DNA from: Candidatus Kapaibacterium sp.
GTDB taxonomy: Bacteria > Bacteroidota > Ignavibacteria > Kapaibacteriales > UBA2268
Direction of reading: 5' to 3'
DNA length: 64,000 nt
Assembly: GCA_963665665.1 (NCBI GenBank)
Contig: OY762428.1
Span: 1,216,001-1,280,000, forward strand
Shown here in pieces: positions 29,542-39,855 of the stretch. The translations under genes were made by a program, and so were the position numbers. Below the pieces are notes generated by a model, which saw only the letters and a list, made by a program, of their open reading frames with translations, was not told the DNA's origin and searched no databases. Within the stretch, counting starts at the first letter, position 1, and each line of letters starts with the position of its first letter.

Positions 29542-32217
29542 ATGAACTTATACAATGAAATATTGACAAAGACAAACGGGAGAAATATGAATAAGAATAT
29601 TAACCTGAAATCGATCTCAAAATATTTTACAACAATATTTTTATTTATGTTGTTTACAATTCCCGGATTGGCACAGAGCAGTAAATACAAACCATTTTCT
29701 GAAAATGAACTTAAAAAAATCGTTCCTTCATCTACCAGGCTGATTTACAGCCTGGCGGGTAAATGGCAGAAGTCATTCGATGAATCGGAATGGACAAACG
29801 TCATTCTGCCTGCTTCCGAAAACCATGAAGAAAGAGTAGTATATAAAAGAACGATTAAAATTTCTTCCGAACTTACCGAACAGTATAACTGGCAATTATA
29901 TTTCCTCGGTATTGAAGACCACGTGGAAGTTTATGTAAATTCACAGTTTGTTGGCAGATACTTCGGGGGAATGACCCCATTCTATGTGAAACTTCCTGCA
30001 AGAATGGTAAAAGGCGGAACGAATGAAGTAAAACTGGTTGTAACCCCTGTTAGCAGTACTTCAAGGCAAATTCGCGCTCAGAATATATTCGGCCACAGAA
30101 TATATACAGGACTTCTTCGTGAAGCTCTTCTGATTGGAACGCCCCATATATGGATTAAGGATATCAGCTATACAACCAAACTGAAAAGCGGCGGCAATGC
30201 TCAAATTAATTTTAAAGCAAATATCAGCGCCGGGGAAATTGAAAGCCTTTTCAAATATGGAGCTTTTAGGGATTCTCTCGGCACTCCGGGAGCCGAAAAA
30301 TTACAGGTATCGCTTGAATACAACCTGAAAAGAAAAGATGCACCTGCCGAATCCATTCCAATTACAGGTACAAGAATTATTACTGTTGAAAGAGAAAGAA
30401 CTCAGGATTTCAATTTTAACCTGAATATTTCATCCCCAAAATTATGGGCCCCGGAATCTCCTGAATTATATGATCTTACCGTGAATTTAAAAAGAAACGG
30501 GCATTTAATTGATGACTTCAGAATCGATGTTGGTTTCAGAGATCTGCGAGTTAGTAATTCTGACAGCCCGGTTATATATCTGAATGGTAAGCCTCTTAAA
30601 ATCAAAGGTATATCATATATTGAAGATATATATTCCGGAGGACAGACCCTTAACCCGGCCCAGATGGAAAGGGATATAAGGAAAATTAAAACCTTGGGAG
30701 CAAATTTAGTAAGATTTAAAATGGCTCCCCCACATCCTTACCTGTTATCATTATGTGATAAATACGGAATTATGGCTCTTGTTGAATTACCCGTTTATGA
30801 TGTTCCCGCAGAAATACTGGACATGGATGAAATCAAGGTCAGGATGAAAAATATTTCCAAACGTTTTGTTTCTTCCTATTCCGGCAACCCAAGTGTTATT
30901 GCCTGGGGTATAAGTACAGGCATTCGCGAAAATACTGAACCTTCCGAAAGATTCAACTCGCAGATGATAAAAACACTTAAAAACTCCACCGATAAATTGA
31001 TTTATAAAGTTTCCTATTTCGGTGCAAATGAAAGCAATTTAAAAGATTTTGATTTTGTCGGTTATAAACCTGTCAGGGAAAAATACAGTTTCACTGATTT
31101 CAAAAACGAAGCTGCAAGGCTGATGTCAATTTCAGGAAAGAAACCCGTAATTTTTCTTTATGGTATCGCCATTCAGCCCAAAAACCATAATGGATTTTCC
31201 GATCCGTTGTCAATTGAATCGCAGGCATATTATATCAGGAATTCATTCCATATTGTAAACGAACTGAAAGCTGCCGGAAGCATAATTAATAATTTCAATG
31301 ACTACGAACTTAACGTACCTTTGCTGATTACAAATAACAGCCAGCGATTTGTATGTTCCGGCGGGCTTGTTTCCAGAACACGTGATCAAAGGCTGTCTTA
31401 TGAGTTATTACAGACTCTTTTCAACGCCGAGAAGGAACCACTGCTCAATGCGGGATCTTACAATGAAGAAACGCCTGTAATATTTATCATTACCGGCATC
31501 ATTCTTGGAATTATTCTTGTATTCCTTATAAACAGATTCAAACGTTTCAGGGAGTATCTTTTCCGTTCAGTGCTCAGGCCTTATAATTTTTACGCTGATA
31601 TCCGGGACCAGAGAATCATGTCCTCTGTGCAAACTATCCTTCTTGGCCTTGTCATTTCAGCAACAGCAGGCATTTTCCTGGCATCAATTTTCTATTACTA
31701 TCGCACGAACATTCTTGCCGAATACTTATATATGCTGGCAATACCCGGTAGTAACCTTCGGGAACTATTCTTCAGGCTGATTTGGATGCCTGAATTTCTG
31801 CTGATATTCAGTACATCGCTGATTTTTATCCTTGCAGTTATCTCGGCATTCTTTATCAGGATATTCGCATTCTTTACCAGGGCAAGAATATTTTATCGCG
31901 ATACACTTACGATAACAATCTGGTCAGCAGTACCCTTTCTGATACTTCTCCCGGTTTCGATTGTTCTTATTAGGCTTTTAGTTTATTCCGACCAACTGAA
32001 TATGATAGTTATGGCAGTTATGGTACTAATTGTGATCTGGGTATTATTCAGGATACTAAAATCAACATCAGTAGTATTTGATATACCAAGTTATAAGGTA
32101 TATATTGTTGGATTGATACTTATCATTTTTTTAGTTGCTACAGTATTATCAATATACCAGTACCAATTCTCACTATTCAGATATATTGAATATTTTCTGG
32201 ATGTAATGCTGAAATAA
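29542..32217 (+). CDS. GH2-like (sugar-binding/Ig/TIM barrel) protein fused to C-terminal multi-TM domain
   Basis: LAGKW, VYVN, PKLWAPESPELY, VGFR, YLNGKPL, DIRKIK.LGAN.VR, CDKYGI; ~6 hydrophobic helices after residue ~645; start may be 29587. Confidence 0.85.
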   Translation: MNLYNEILTKTNGRNMNKNINLKSISKYFTTIFLFMLFTIPGLAQSSKYKPFSENELKKIVPSSTRLIYSLAGKWQKSFDESEWTNVILPASENHEERVVYKRTIKISSELTEQYNWQLYFLGIEDHVEVYVNSQFVGRYFGGMTPFYVKLPARMVKGGTNEVKLVVTPVSSTSRQIRAQNIFGHRIYTGLLREALLIGTPHIWIKDISYTTKLKSGGNAQINFKANISAGEIESLFKYGAFRDSLGTPGAEKLQVSLEYNLKRKDAPAESIPITGTRIITVERERTQDFNFNLNISSPKLWAPESPELYDLTVNLKRNGHLIDDFRIDVGFRDLRVSNSDSPVIYLNGKPLKIKGISYIEDIYSGGQTLNPAQMERDIRKIKTLGANLVRFKMAPPHPYLLSLCDKYGIMALVELPVYDVPAEILDMDEIKVRMKNISKRFVSSYSGNPSVIAWGISTGIRENTEPSERFNSQMIKTLKNSTDKLIYKVSYFGANESNLKDFDFVGYKPVREKYSFTDFKNEAARLMSISGKKPVIFLYGIAIQPKNHNGFSDPLSIESQAYYIRNSFHIVNELKAAGSIINNFNDYELNVPLLITNNSQRFVCSGGLVSRTRDQRLSYELLQTLFNAEKEPLLNAGSYNEETPVIFIITGIILGIILVFLINRFKRFREYLFRSVLRPYNFYADIRDQRIMSSVQTILLGLVISATAGIFLASIFYYYRTNILAEYLYMLAIPGSNLRELFFRLIWMPEFLLIFSTSLIFILAVISAFFIRIFAFFTRARIFYRDTLTITIWSAVPFLILLPVSIVLIRLLVYSDQLNMIVMAVMVLIVIWVLFRILKSTSVVFDIPSYKVYIVGLILIIFLVATVLSIYQYQFSLFRYIEYFLDVMLK

Positions 32218-32242
32218 ACAGTAATTATTATTATAAATATTG

Positions 32243-32274
32243 AAGAGGCGCATTATTCAGCGTCTCTTTTTTTT
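32243..32274 (+). terminator. Rho-independent terminator
   Basis: AAGAGGCGC-loop-GCGTCTCTT followed by a T-run, 25 bp after stop. Confidence 0.75.
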
Positions 32275-32693
32275 CTTATTCAAAAGAAATGATTCCGGAC
32301 TAACAATAAAAACACTGAATAAACCGCTCTCTGACCAGGGCCGGCTATCAGGATAGGCCTGGTTAATTTTTATAATTTCAGAAATAATAACTGAAAGTGT
32401 CAAAATATGATAGATTGAAGCGATAATCCTTTTACAGCCGGACATATTAAGCATTTCATACCTCGTCCGGTAGAAATTCCGTACAAAAAAATTATTACCA
32501 TTGCCGGGCATAGCAAACTTCAGTATTTATAAATAAAATATTTACACAGCCAAATCGAATTCCGGAACTTCCTGATCAAAAAATCAATTGATAAAATCGA
32601 TCGACAGGACTAATAGATCGAAAATCTATATCAAAAAAGTGAAATTCGGTGTTTTCTGAGTAAAATTTTACCTGAAAAAGTGTCTCGGAAAGG

Positions 32694-32918
32694 ATGGGGG
32701 AACGCTCGGCAGACATGAGGGAACGCTCGGCAGGCACGGGGGAACGCTCGGCAGACATGAGGGAACGCTCGGCAGACATGAGGGAACGCTCGGCAGACAT
32801 GAGGAAACGCTCGGCAGACATGAGGGAACGCTCGGCAGGCATGAGGGAACGCTCGGCAGACATGGGGGAACGCTCGGCAGGCATGAGGGAACGCTCGGCA
32901 GGCATGAGGGAACGCTCG
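32694..32918. repeat. Tandem array of a 21-bp unit ATGAGGGAACGCTCGGCAG(A/G)C, 10 full + 1 partial copy
   Basis: Units start every 21 bp from 32694 to 32904; at most 2 differences per unit. Confidence 0.97.
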
Positions 32919-33224
32919 TATAACACAAAACTATGGTTTTCCGGTGTAGAAAACTGTTACAAAAGAACGCATAAACAGTATTAATACTCATAATATCATA
33001 CAATTACATCAATGGCAACCTATTCAGCTAAATTCCTAAATAAAGATGATCCGTAACGCCGAAATCGTAATATAACCGGGCACTGATTTATCAGAATTTA
33101 ATTAATGAAAGCCCCGGGAAAACATATAATGCTCCCGCAGGGGGAGTATGGGAATTGAAAATTTTCCTGCCTGCCGCCGGTTTTGGGCGTGAGGCAAATG
33201 ACAGCTCCTTATTAACACAAAAAA

Positions 33225-33253
33225 TCATCCGATCACCATAAGTAACCGGATGA
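33225..33253. repeat. REP-like palindrome TCATCCGATCAC-N-AGT(G/A)A(T/C)CGGATGA, copy 1; probably terminates ricT
   Basis: Same family as 53438-53466 and 55958-55986; 25 bp past the ricT stop. Confidence 0.7.
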
Positions 33254-33277
33254 TTCAAAATCTGTAATTTCCTGAAA

Positions 33278-34549
33278 CTAATTTTCAGGAATATCTTTAA
33301 TAGAAACTTCTTTAGGTTTATGCTTCCCGTTTCCGTTATGGTGATATCCGTTTTTGCCGTTTATTGGCTTTTGTGTACCATTGCCATTACCGTTTCCATT
33401 CGATGGATAAACTATCTTTCCCTTTTTCTTGTATGCCTCAACTTCCTGAAGGGTCATGCTGGAATAAGCGGATTTTTTATCGTTGTAAAGGTATACAATC
33501 TCTTTGAAAATATCCACTTTAAGGATTTTCAGCCTTCCTTCTTTTGTTGTGATAATAGAATCCGGCGGCGGGAATTTCTTGAAAGCTTCCACATAGTTAT
33601 CATACTCAAACAGCAGGCAGCATTTAAGCCTGCCACAGGATCCGCTAAGCTTGGCCACATTGTTGGAAAGCTGCTGCAATTTCGCATGTTCCAAAGTAAC
33701 ATGGGAGAACTCCCTGAGGAATGAAGTACAGCACAATGTAAGCCCGCAAGCCCCCGAACCGCAGCCCAGTCGTTTTGTTTCCTCACGCGAGCTAATCTGA
33801 CGAAGCTCAATCCTGGTTTTGAAAGTACGCGCAAGTTCTTTCACCAGTTCACGAAAATCTATCCTTTGCGGAGCTGTAAAAAATATTGTCAGCCTCATTC
33901 TGTCGAATTGCCATTCAGCCTCGGTCACTTTCATATCCAGTCCGAGCCTGTCAACAAATTCCTTGGCTTTTTTTACAACTTCAGATTCTTCTTCTGTATT
34001 ATGTATATGCTGCTCAATGTCCTCACTTTTTGCGCTGCGCAGAATTTTGAATTTTGGCAGCCTGATATGCTTTTCAGATTCATCTTCCTCATCTCTGAGT
34101 TTTTTCATCTTGCTGATAGTAGACACGCAGCAGTTAGACACCCGCCCTGCGTCAATCCCGTTTTCAGTTTCCACGATAACCAGCTCTGAACCTTTAAGCT
34201 GAAGACGTTTATCATTTCTGAAAGCCATCTTCCGATTGCCTTTGAAGAGCACTTCTGCTACCGGGATATCATTTTCTTTTAAATTGTCATAAACCCTGTA
34301 ATCATCGTTGGTTATTATCTGATCGCCAAATGTCTGAATTCTGTTTTTTATACATGGTATTCCAAGCTGCTGGTCGTTTATTTCATGAAAATCTATGCTG
34401 TCATTATTATCATTATTTCCGTTATTATTGTTTCCTCTGCCATTGATTTTATTATTTTTTAATTCTTCATCCCTTTGGTTATCTATTATTTTGTAATATT
34501 CCTTTTGATTTTCTTTATATGTATCCGGAACGTCTTTATTTTGATCCAT
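33278..34549 (-). CDS. ricT: PSP1/RicT (YaaT) family Fe-S protein
   Basis: EWQFD..LTIFFTA..RIDFRELVKELA..FKTRIELRQI, CG..LCC, KLSG.CGRLKCCL.FE. Confidence 0.92.
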   Translation of the reverse strand: MDQNKDVPDTYKENQKEYYKIIDNQRDEELKNNKINGRGNNNNGNNDNNDSIDFHEINDQQLGIPCIKNRIQTFGDQIITNDDYRVYDNLKENDIPVAEVLFKGNRKMAFRNDKRLQLKGSELVIVETENGIDAGRVSNCCVSTISKMKKLRDEEDESEKHIRLPKFKILRSAKSEDIEQHIHNTEEESEVVKKAKEFVDRLGLDMKVTEAEWQFDRMRLTIFFTAPQRIDFRELVKELARTFKTRIELRQISSREETKRLGCGSGACGLTLCCTSFLREFSHVTLEHAKLQQLSNNVAKLSGSCGRLKCCLLFEYDNYVEAFKKFPPPDSIITTKEGRLKILKVDIFKEIVYLYNDKKSAYSSMTLQEVEAYKKKGKIVYPSNGNGNGNGTQKPINGKNGYHHNGNGKHKPKEVSIKDIPEN

Positions 34550-34640
34550 TTTATTAATCCGTTCATTATGTAATCTATGTATATCTTTAATTGAGAAAGT
34601 ACGTCATTTCAAAAAATTCAAGCTGCAATTTAATAATTTA

Positions 34641-35789
34641 TTAACTCTTTCCAATGAAAATATGCCTGAGTTTCAGAAAAAGCCCCAACAGCATCAAGCC
34701 GGGAGTTATATTTCTGGACATAGTTCCGATAGTTTTTTCAACTTCCCAAACCGCAGCTTCAAAGTCTCTTCCTTTAAAATAACCGATGAATTTAGCAATC
34801 GTTTCATGCTGGTCAAAATTAATCAGTCCGTCGGCAGTACCGGTTCTTGCAAGAATCGCAGCATCTCTGAGCCAAAAATGAAGTAAGCGCAGGTAAGTCT
34901 CAGTTTCACGTTTGTTTTTCAGAGCAGTAATCTTATCAATAAATTCGCAAAGTTCAAGCCTGTATTTCTTTTTTACTGAAGTTCTCAGCATGTTTACAAT
35001 ATCAGTTCTTTTTTCCTGCATCCCCTCGTCCATAAAATCTCTGGCAGCATTGTAGGAGCCTTGCGAGAATGCAGATATTATTGCTGCTTCCTCGGTACTT
35101 ACTCCATGCCTGCTAACAAGTATTTCGCTGATAATCTCATCTTGTATGGGTTCGCACCTTACCTGCTGGCAACGGGACATAATAGTTATCGGAATTGCAC
35201 TAACCTTCGAAGTAGTAAGAATAATAGTGATATTCTCATGTGGTTCTTCAAGTGTTTTCAGGAAAGCATTAGCTGCCTCGGTAGTCATCTCGTCGGCATT
35301 CGAAATAATTACAACCCGCCTTCCTTTCATTGGAGAAGTCATAGCCAGGCTATTCTTTAAATGCCTGATCTGTCCGATTTTTATCTGGCTTGCATTAGGA
35401 ATATTAATCTTATGGTAAGGATCTTTTGACTTTTCATCCAGTTCCTCTCTGATTTTATCAACCTGCTCATTACTCATTCCGGCAAGAGGAGAATCAGCCT
35501 TACTTTTAGGAGTTTTTGGGGTAGGCAAAGAATGGACAAAAATAATATTTGGATGCTTAAACTCTTTCGCCATGCGGCAGGCACTACACTTGCCGCAAGC
35601 CTCAATTTCATTATCAGTTACATTTGGCGACTGACAATTAACGACTTTAGAAAATTCTAAAGCCAAAGCATCCTTGCCAATACCATCCAAACCATGGAAA
35701 CAGTAAGCACCCGGAATACGTTTATCCGCTATGGTTTTCTGCAATATTTTCTTTATACGCTCGTGACCTAATATCTGATGCCAAGCCAT
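34641..35789 (-). CDS. holB: DNA polymerase III subunit delta'
   Basis: W.QILGHE, G.DGIGK, C..CGKC.AC, HPNI, AANAFLKTLEEP, TIMSRCQ; ATG at 35789. Confidence 0.92.
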   Translation of the reverse strand: MAWHQILGHERIKKILQKTIADKRIPGAYCFHGLDGIGKDALALEFSKVVNCQSPNVTDNEIEACGKCSACRMAKEFKHPNIIFVHSLPTPKTPKSKADSPLAGMSNEQVDKIREELDEKSKDPYHKINIPNASQIKIGQIRHLKNSLAMTSPMKGRRVVIISNADEMTTEAANAFLKTLEEPHENITIILTTSKVSAIPITIMSRCQQVRCEPIQDEIISEILVSRHGVSTEEAAIISAFSQGSYNAARDFMDEGMQEKRTDIVNMLRTSVKKKYRLELCEFIDKITALKNKRETETYLRLLHFWLRDAAILARTGTADGLINFDQHETIAKFIGYFKGRDFEAAVWEVEKTIGTMSRNITPGLMLLGLFLKLRHIFIGKS

Positions 35790-35927
35790 ATCTTTTTCAA
35801 TTTTGGTATCAAAACTACGGGGCAATTATTCTCCCCCGAAAAAAATAAAATAGCAAATTTGACTTGAATTTACAATTCGAGTTTTCCACAGCAAACAATT
35901 TAAAGTAAAAGAATCGATTATATAATT

Positions 35928-38120
35928 ATGGCAAAAAAAAATACAAGATCAACAAAATCAAAAGGTAAAACCCAATCCACAGATAATCAGCCTGAGGTTT
36001 TGGATTTAATCGAAAATTCTAAAGATGCTTCTTCCTGCAAACATTCCCGCGGCCCGGCTTGTTCGGTTGAACCTGTTGTTTTTAAAAGCACCGATCCACC
36101 ACATATCGAGCTTGGCCTGAATAAAGATGACCTTTTGTCAGCTCTGAAAAACATGCTGAAATCCAGGATGACCGACGAGAAACATCTGACACTTGTTAAG
36201 CAGGGAAAATCCTTCTTTCATATTGGCGGTTCAGGACATGAAGCAGTACAAACTGCTATTGGAATAGGATTGGAAAGCGGAAAAGACTGGTTCTGGACAT
36301 ACTACCGTGACCTGGCATTGTCGTATGCAGCAGGGTTAACTACTAAAGAGTATTTCCTTCTTGCCCTCGGCAAAGCTGACGATCCTGCGACCGGCGGCAG
36401 GCAAATGCCGAATCACTACGGGCATCCGGTATTGAATATGCCAACCCAGTCATCGCCAACCGGCACTCAATTCCTCAACGCTGTTGGAACAGCTCTCGCT
36501 TCAAGGAAAAACGGAGCCGATGAAATAACTTATGTTGCCTCCGGTGAAGGAACAACAAGCCAGGGAGAATTTTATGAAGCAATAAACTGGGCATCAAGGG
36601 AAAAACTGCCTGTAATGTTCTGCATTCAGGATAATGGATATGCAATATCTGTTCCCCGCGAAAATCAGTCAATGGGTTCTACAGTTGGCCATAGTTTCTG
36701 CTGCTATTCAAATCTGAGGATGAAAACCTTTGACGGTACCGACTTTTTTGAATCGCTCAAAGCAGTAAAGGATTCTGTAGAGTACCTTCGTGCAGGGAAA
36801 GGCCCCGTTCTGCTTCATGCAATGGTGGAAAGGCTTCTGCCCCATTCTTCAAGCGACGACCAGCGAAAATACCGCCCCAAAGAGGAACTTGAGGAAGCAA
36901 AGGAAAAAAGGGATGCAATTACATTTCTTTCCAATTATATGATCGAAAATAATATTATTGAGGAAGAAGAATTCGACCTGCTTAAACGCGAAGTTAAAAA
37001 TGAAATTAACGATGCCGTTGACTGGGCAATGGAACAACCCGACCCGAAAGCTGAAGATGCAACAATGCATATCTTTGCACCCGAGGAAACACGCAAGCTG
37101 GCTTACACCGATAACAAAGAATATTCAAATGATAAAATTGTTCTTGTGGATGCCGTAAACCATGCACTGCACGAAGAAATGAAAAACAACCCTAAAATGC
37201 TGATATTCGGCGAGGACGTTGCCGATCCCAAGGGCGGTGTATTTACTGCCACACGCGGCCTTACTCAGGCCTTCGGAGAAGACAGGGTGTTTAATTCGCC
37301 ACTGGCCGAGGCCTCAATTGTCGGTGTTGCACTTGGTTTGGCGGTCAGGGGTTACAAACCTGTAGTTGAAATCCAGTTCGGGGATTATATATGGCCGGCA
37401 TTTCACCAGTATCGCAATGAAGTATCAACAATGCGTTTCAGATCTAACAATGGTTTTGCTGCTCCGGTTGTAACAAGAGTAGCAGTCGGGGGATATATAC
37501 ACGGCGGCCTATGCCATTCGCAGAATATTGAGGGATTTTTCTCTCACATCCCCGGACTTTTTATTGCATACCCGAGTACCGCCGCAGATGCCAAAGGCCT
37601 GTTGAAAACAGCTATCAGAATACAGGACCCCGTACTATTCCTGGAGCATAAGGGAATGTATCGGCTGCCTTATGCCGCAGGACCCGAACCTGACGAGAAT
37701 CACCTTGTGCCATTTGGCAAAGGCAAAATACTTAAAGAAGGCAGCGACGCAACAATAATCACATGGGGTATGTCCTGCCGTGATTCAATGAATGCTGTTA
37801 AAAAATTCGAACGCGAAAACGGCGGCAGCATAGAAGTAATCGACCTCCGGACAATAGCACCATGGGATAAGGAAATGGTACTGAAATCAATTGCAAAAAC
37901 CAACAGAGCGTTGATAGTTCACGAAGACACAATGTCCATGGGATTTGGAGCAGAGATTTCAGCAACACTGGCCAGGGAAGCATTCAGTGACCTTGACGCA
38001 CCAGTTATGAGAGTGGCTGCCAAAGATTCTCATATCCCTTATTCACCTAATTATGAAAGTGAAGTTCTTCCGAATGAAAAGAAGATAAAAGAAGAACTTG
38101 AAAAACTTATGAAGTTTTAA
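35928..38120 (+). CDS. Fused 2-oxoacid (likely branched-chain) dehydrogenase E1 alpha/beta
   Basis: GHEA, YYRD, GRQMPNH, GEGTTSQG..N TPP motif, HSSSDD, GEDV..GGVF, EIQFGDYIWP, FLEHK. Confidence 0.95.
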   Translation: MAKKNTRSTKSKGKTQSTDNQPEVLDLIENSKDASSCKHSRGPACSVEPVVFKSTDPPHIELGLNKDDLLSALKNMLKSRMTDEKHLTLVKQGKSFFHIGGSGHEAVQTAIGIGLESGKDWFWTYYRDLALSYAAGLTTKEYFLLALGKADDPATGGRQMPNHYGHPVLNMPTQSSPTGTQFLNAVGTALASRKNGADEITYVASGEGTTSQGEFYEAINWASREKLPVMFCIQDNGYAISVPRENQSMGSTVGHSFCCYSNLRMKTFDGTDFFESLKAVKDSVEYLRAGKGPVLLHAMVERLLPHSSSDDQRKYRPKEELEEAKEKRDAITFLSNYMIENNIIEEEEFDLLKREVKNEINDAVDWAMEQPDPKAEDATMHIFAPEETRKLAYTDNKEYSNDKIVLVDAVNHALHEEMKNNPKMLIFGEDVADPKGGVFTATRGLTQAFGEDRVFNSPLAEASIVGVALGLAVRGYKPVVEIQFGDYIWPAFHQYRNEVSTMRFRSNNGFAAPVVTRVAVGGYIHGGLCHSQNIEGFFSHIPGLFIAYPSTAADAKGLLKTAIRIQDPVLFLEHKGMYRLPYAAGPEPDENHLVPFGKGKILKEGSDATIITWGMSCRDSMNAVKKFERENGGSIEVIDLRTIAPWDKEMVLKSIAKTNRALIVHEDTMSMGFGAEISATLAREAFSDLDAPVMRVAAKDSHIPYSPNYESEVLPNEKKIKEELEKLMKF

Positions 38121-38153
38121 GACAATTAATAAAAGCAGAATATTAAAATACCG

Positions 38154-38188
38154 ACTCGTTCAGCATATATATTGTTGGACGAGTTTTT
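38154..38188 (+). terminator. Terminator hairpin between convergent genes
   Basis: ACTCGTTCAGCA / TGTTGGACGAGT stem followed by T-run. Confidence 0.65.
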
Positions 38189-38191
38189 ATA

Positions 38192-39370
38192 TCATATAAA
38201 ATCAAGATATTCCCGCAGTGCTTTCTGATTTGTTCCCGTTTCATTTAATTGTTTGTTGCTTTTTGATACTTTCGATGAACGGAAAAACTTGCTACTGTTC
38301 TCTGCCCAGTATTTGAAATAATATGGAATAATTGCCGGAAAATTCCTGCTGCATTTATACCTGTAGGCAATTAATTTTGGAGACTTAAATATCTCTCTCT
38401 TAAAAAATCGTATCTTTCCAATGAAACTTACGTTTTTATATTCTCTTTCAAAAGCAGTACTTGTAGCACCTAAACTTTGGGTATCGGAAGAATTTATTAA
38501 AAGCCATGCGCATTTTTTAATTATGTCATCAAATTCCTCTGAAGCTGGAATTTGATATTTTTCAGGAAAATACCCGGGGATGATATTCATAAATATTGTC
38601 AGTTCTTTCAGGACATTCATCTCTTCAGCTTTTGAAATTAGTTTTTCCGGATCCGGTTTCATACCGGAAATTATGAATGAACAGTCCGACAATACTTTCA
38701 TACCGCCGGCAAGATTATCCCGAAAGCCATGCTCAATGCAATGCAGCAATGTTACTTCCGGTGCCAGAAATGTAACTTCCTGCCCGAGAATATCACCTTC
38801 GCGGCAATTATCCCAGAGTACATCGGCTGAAAACCTATCAGTGTTTTTCTTCCTTTTGGTAATATGGTAGTGCAGTTCGTAAGCATTCCCCAGCTTTGAT
38901 TTCAACATGGGTTTATGAAAATGATGGCCAATTTCTTCAGTTGGTGTAAACCCGTTTTCAACCATCAGATTCCAGGCTGTATCAACTTCATTTTCAGAAA
39001 TAAGAATATCACTATCGCACATAAGCCTGAGAGCCGGATGGGGATAAGCCTTATAAGCAATACATGCTCCTTTCAGCGGAGCAGCCTTAATATGACTATC
39101 ACGAAAAAGCTTCAAAACTGATTTCAATTCATGGGAACGACGCAATTCCATAGCAGAAGCAGCCCTGAACGAAGCAGAAAACTTAGATTTCCAGGGCTCC
39201 GGAATATCATTTTTATTAAAGAAATAAATAAGGTTCCCCAGGTTATTTTTGTCTGCCTGGCTACACAGTTCCTCCCTGTCATCGGTCTTTAATGACAGAA
39301 AAAAATCATTTTCCGATTTTTTAAAAGTATGATATTTAATGAAATCTAATAATAACTTAATGCTTTTCAA
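38192..39370 (-). CDS. Nucleotidyltransferase family protein (NTP_transf_5-like)
   Basis: PLKG..A...YP.PALR.M.DSDILI, ELH, LLH...H; TTG start. Confidence 0.8.
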   Translation of the reverse strand: MKSIKLLLDFIKYHTFKKSENDFFLSLKTDDREELCSQADKNNLGNLIYFFNKNDIPEPWKSKFSASFRAASAMELRRSHELKSVLKLFRDSHIKAAPLKGACIAYKAYPHPALRLMCDSDILISENEVDTAWNLMVENGFTPTEEIGHHFHKPMLKSKLGNAYELHYHITKRKKNTDRFSADVLWDNCREGDILGQEVTFLAPEVTLLHCIEHGFRDNLAGGMKVLSDCSFIISGMKPDPEKLISKAEEMNVLKELTIFMNIIPGYFPEKYQIPASEEFDDIIKKCAWLLINSSDTQSLGATSTAFEREYKNVSFIGKIRFFKREIFKSPKLIAYRYKCSRNFPAIIPYYFKYWAENSSKFFRSSKVSKSNKQLNETGTNQKALREYLDFI

Positions 39371-39429
39371 ATTTCTGATCCCTATATCACAAAAAAGAAA
39401 AATATGAAGATTTCTTTACAGGTACAAAT

Positions 39430-39466
39430 AAAAAAACCGGATGATCTGTTAAGGACCAACCGGTTT
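39430..39466 (-). terminator. Terminator after metal-uptake operon
   Basis: AAACCGG...CCGGTTT stem with A-run on plus strand (T-run on minus). Confidence 0.55.
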
Positions 39467-39487
39467 CAACTTGTAAGAACAGATTAA

Positions 39488-39838
39488 TTAATCATGTCCG
39501 CCAAGCTGGCAGCATTTGGGCAATTTGTTATATGCCCTTTTCTTCGCCTTTACCTCGTCTGCATTATATCCCGTGCGGGAAATTTTTTCTTTAATATCAT
39601 CAAGCTCAATTTCTTCAGGATCATATTTCACATACATTTCTTTTGTTTCCAGATCGAGATTAGTTTTAATTATCCCGTCCATTTTATTAATAGCTTTTTC
39701 GAGCCTGTCCTTGCACATACCGCACTGTGCAGTTGTTTTTAAATTTACTTCTTTATATTGCTTTTCATCCTGAGCATTCAGGTTAAAAGCAACAAAGATC
39801 ACAGCCAAAATCATTGTCAAAAAATTTATCTTTTTCAT
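39488..39838 (-). CDS. Secreted heavy-metal-associated (HMA) domain protein
   Basis: Signal peptide; QCGMCKDRLE, GY, C-terminal YNKLPKCC. Confidence 0.9.
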   Translation of the reverse strand: MKKINFLTMILAVIFVAFNLNAQDEKQYKEVNLKTTAQCGMCKDRLEKAINKMDGIIKTNLDLETKEMYVKYDPEEIELDDIKEKISRTGYNADEVKAKKRAYNKLPKCCQLGGHD

Positions 39839-39855
39839 ACTATTTTCTCCTGTTA

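Noticed and set aside
32576-33003. Three overlapping ORFs (MSAERSL, SCLPSVP, MRERSAD repeats)
   Set aside because: By-products of a stop-free 21-bp repeat; no RBS or domain support for any frame.
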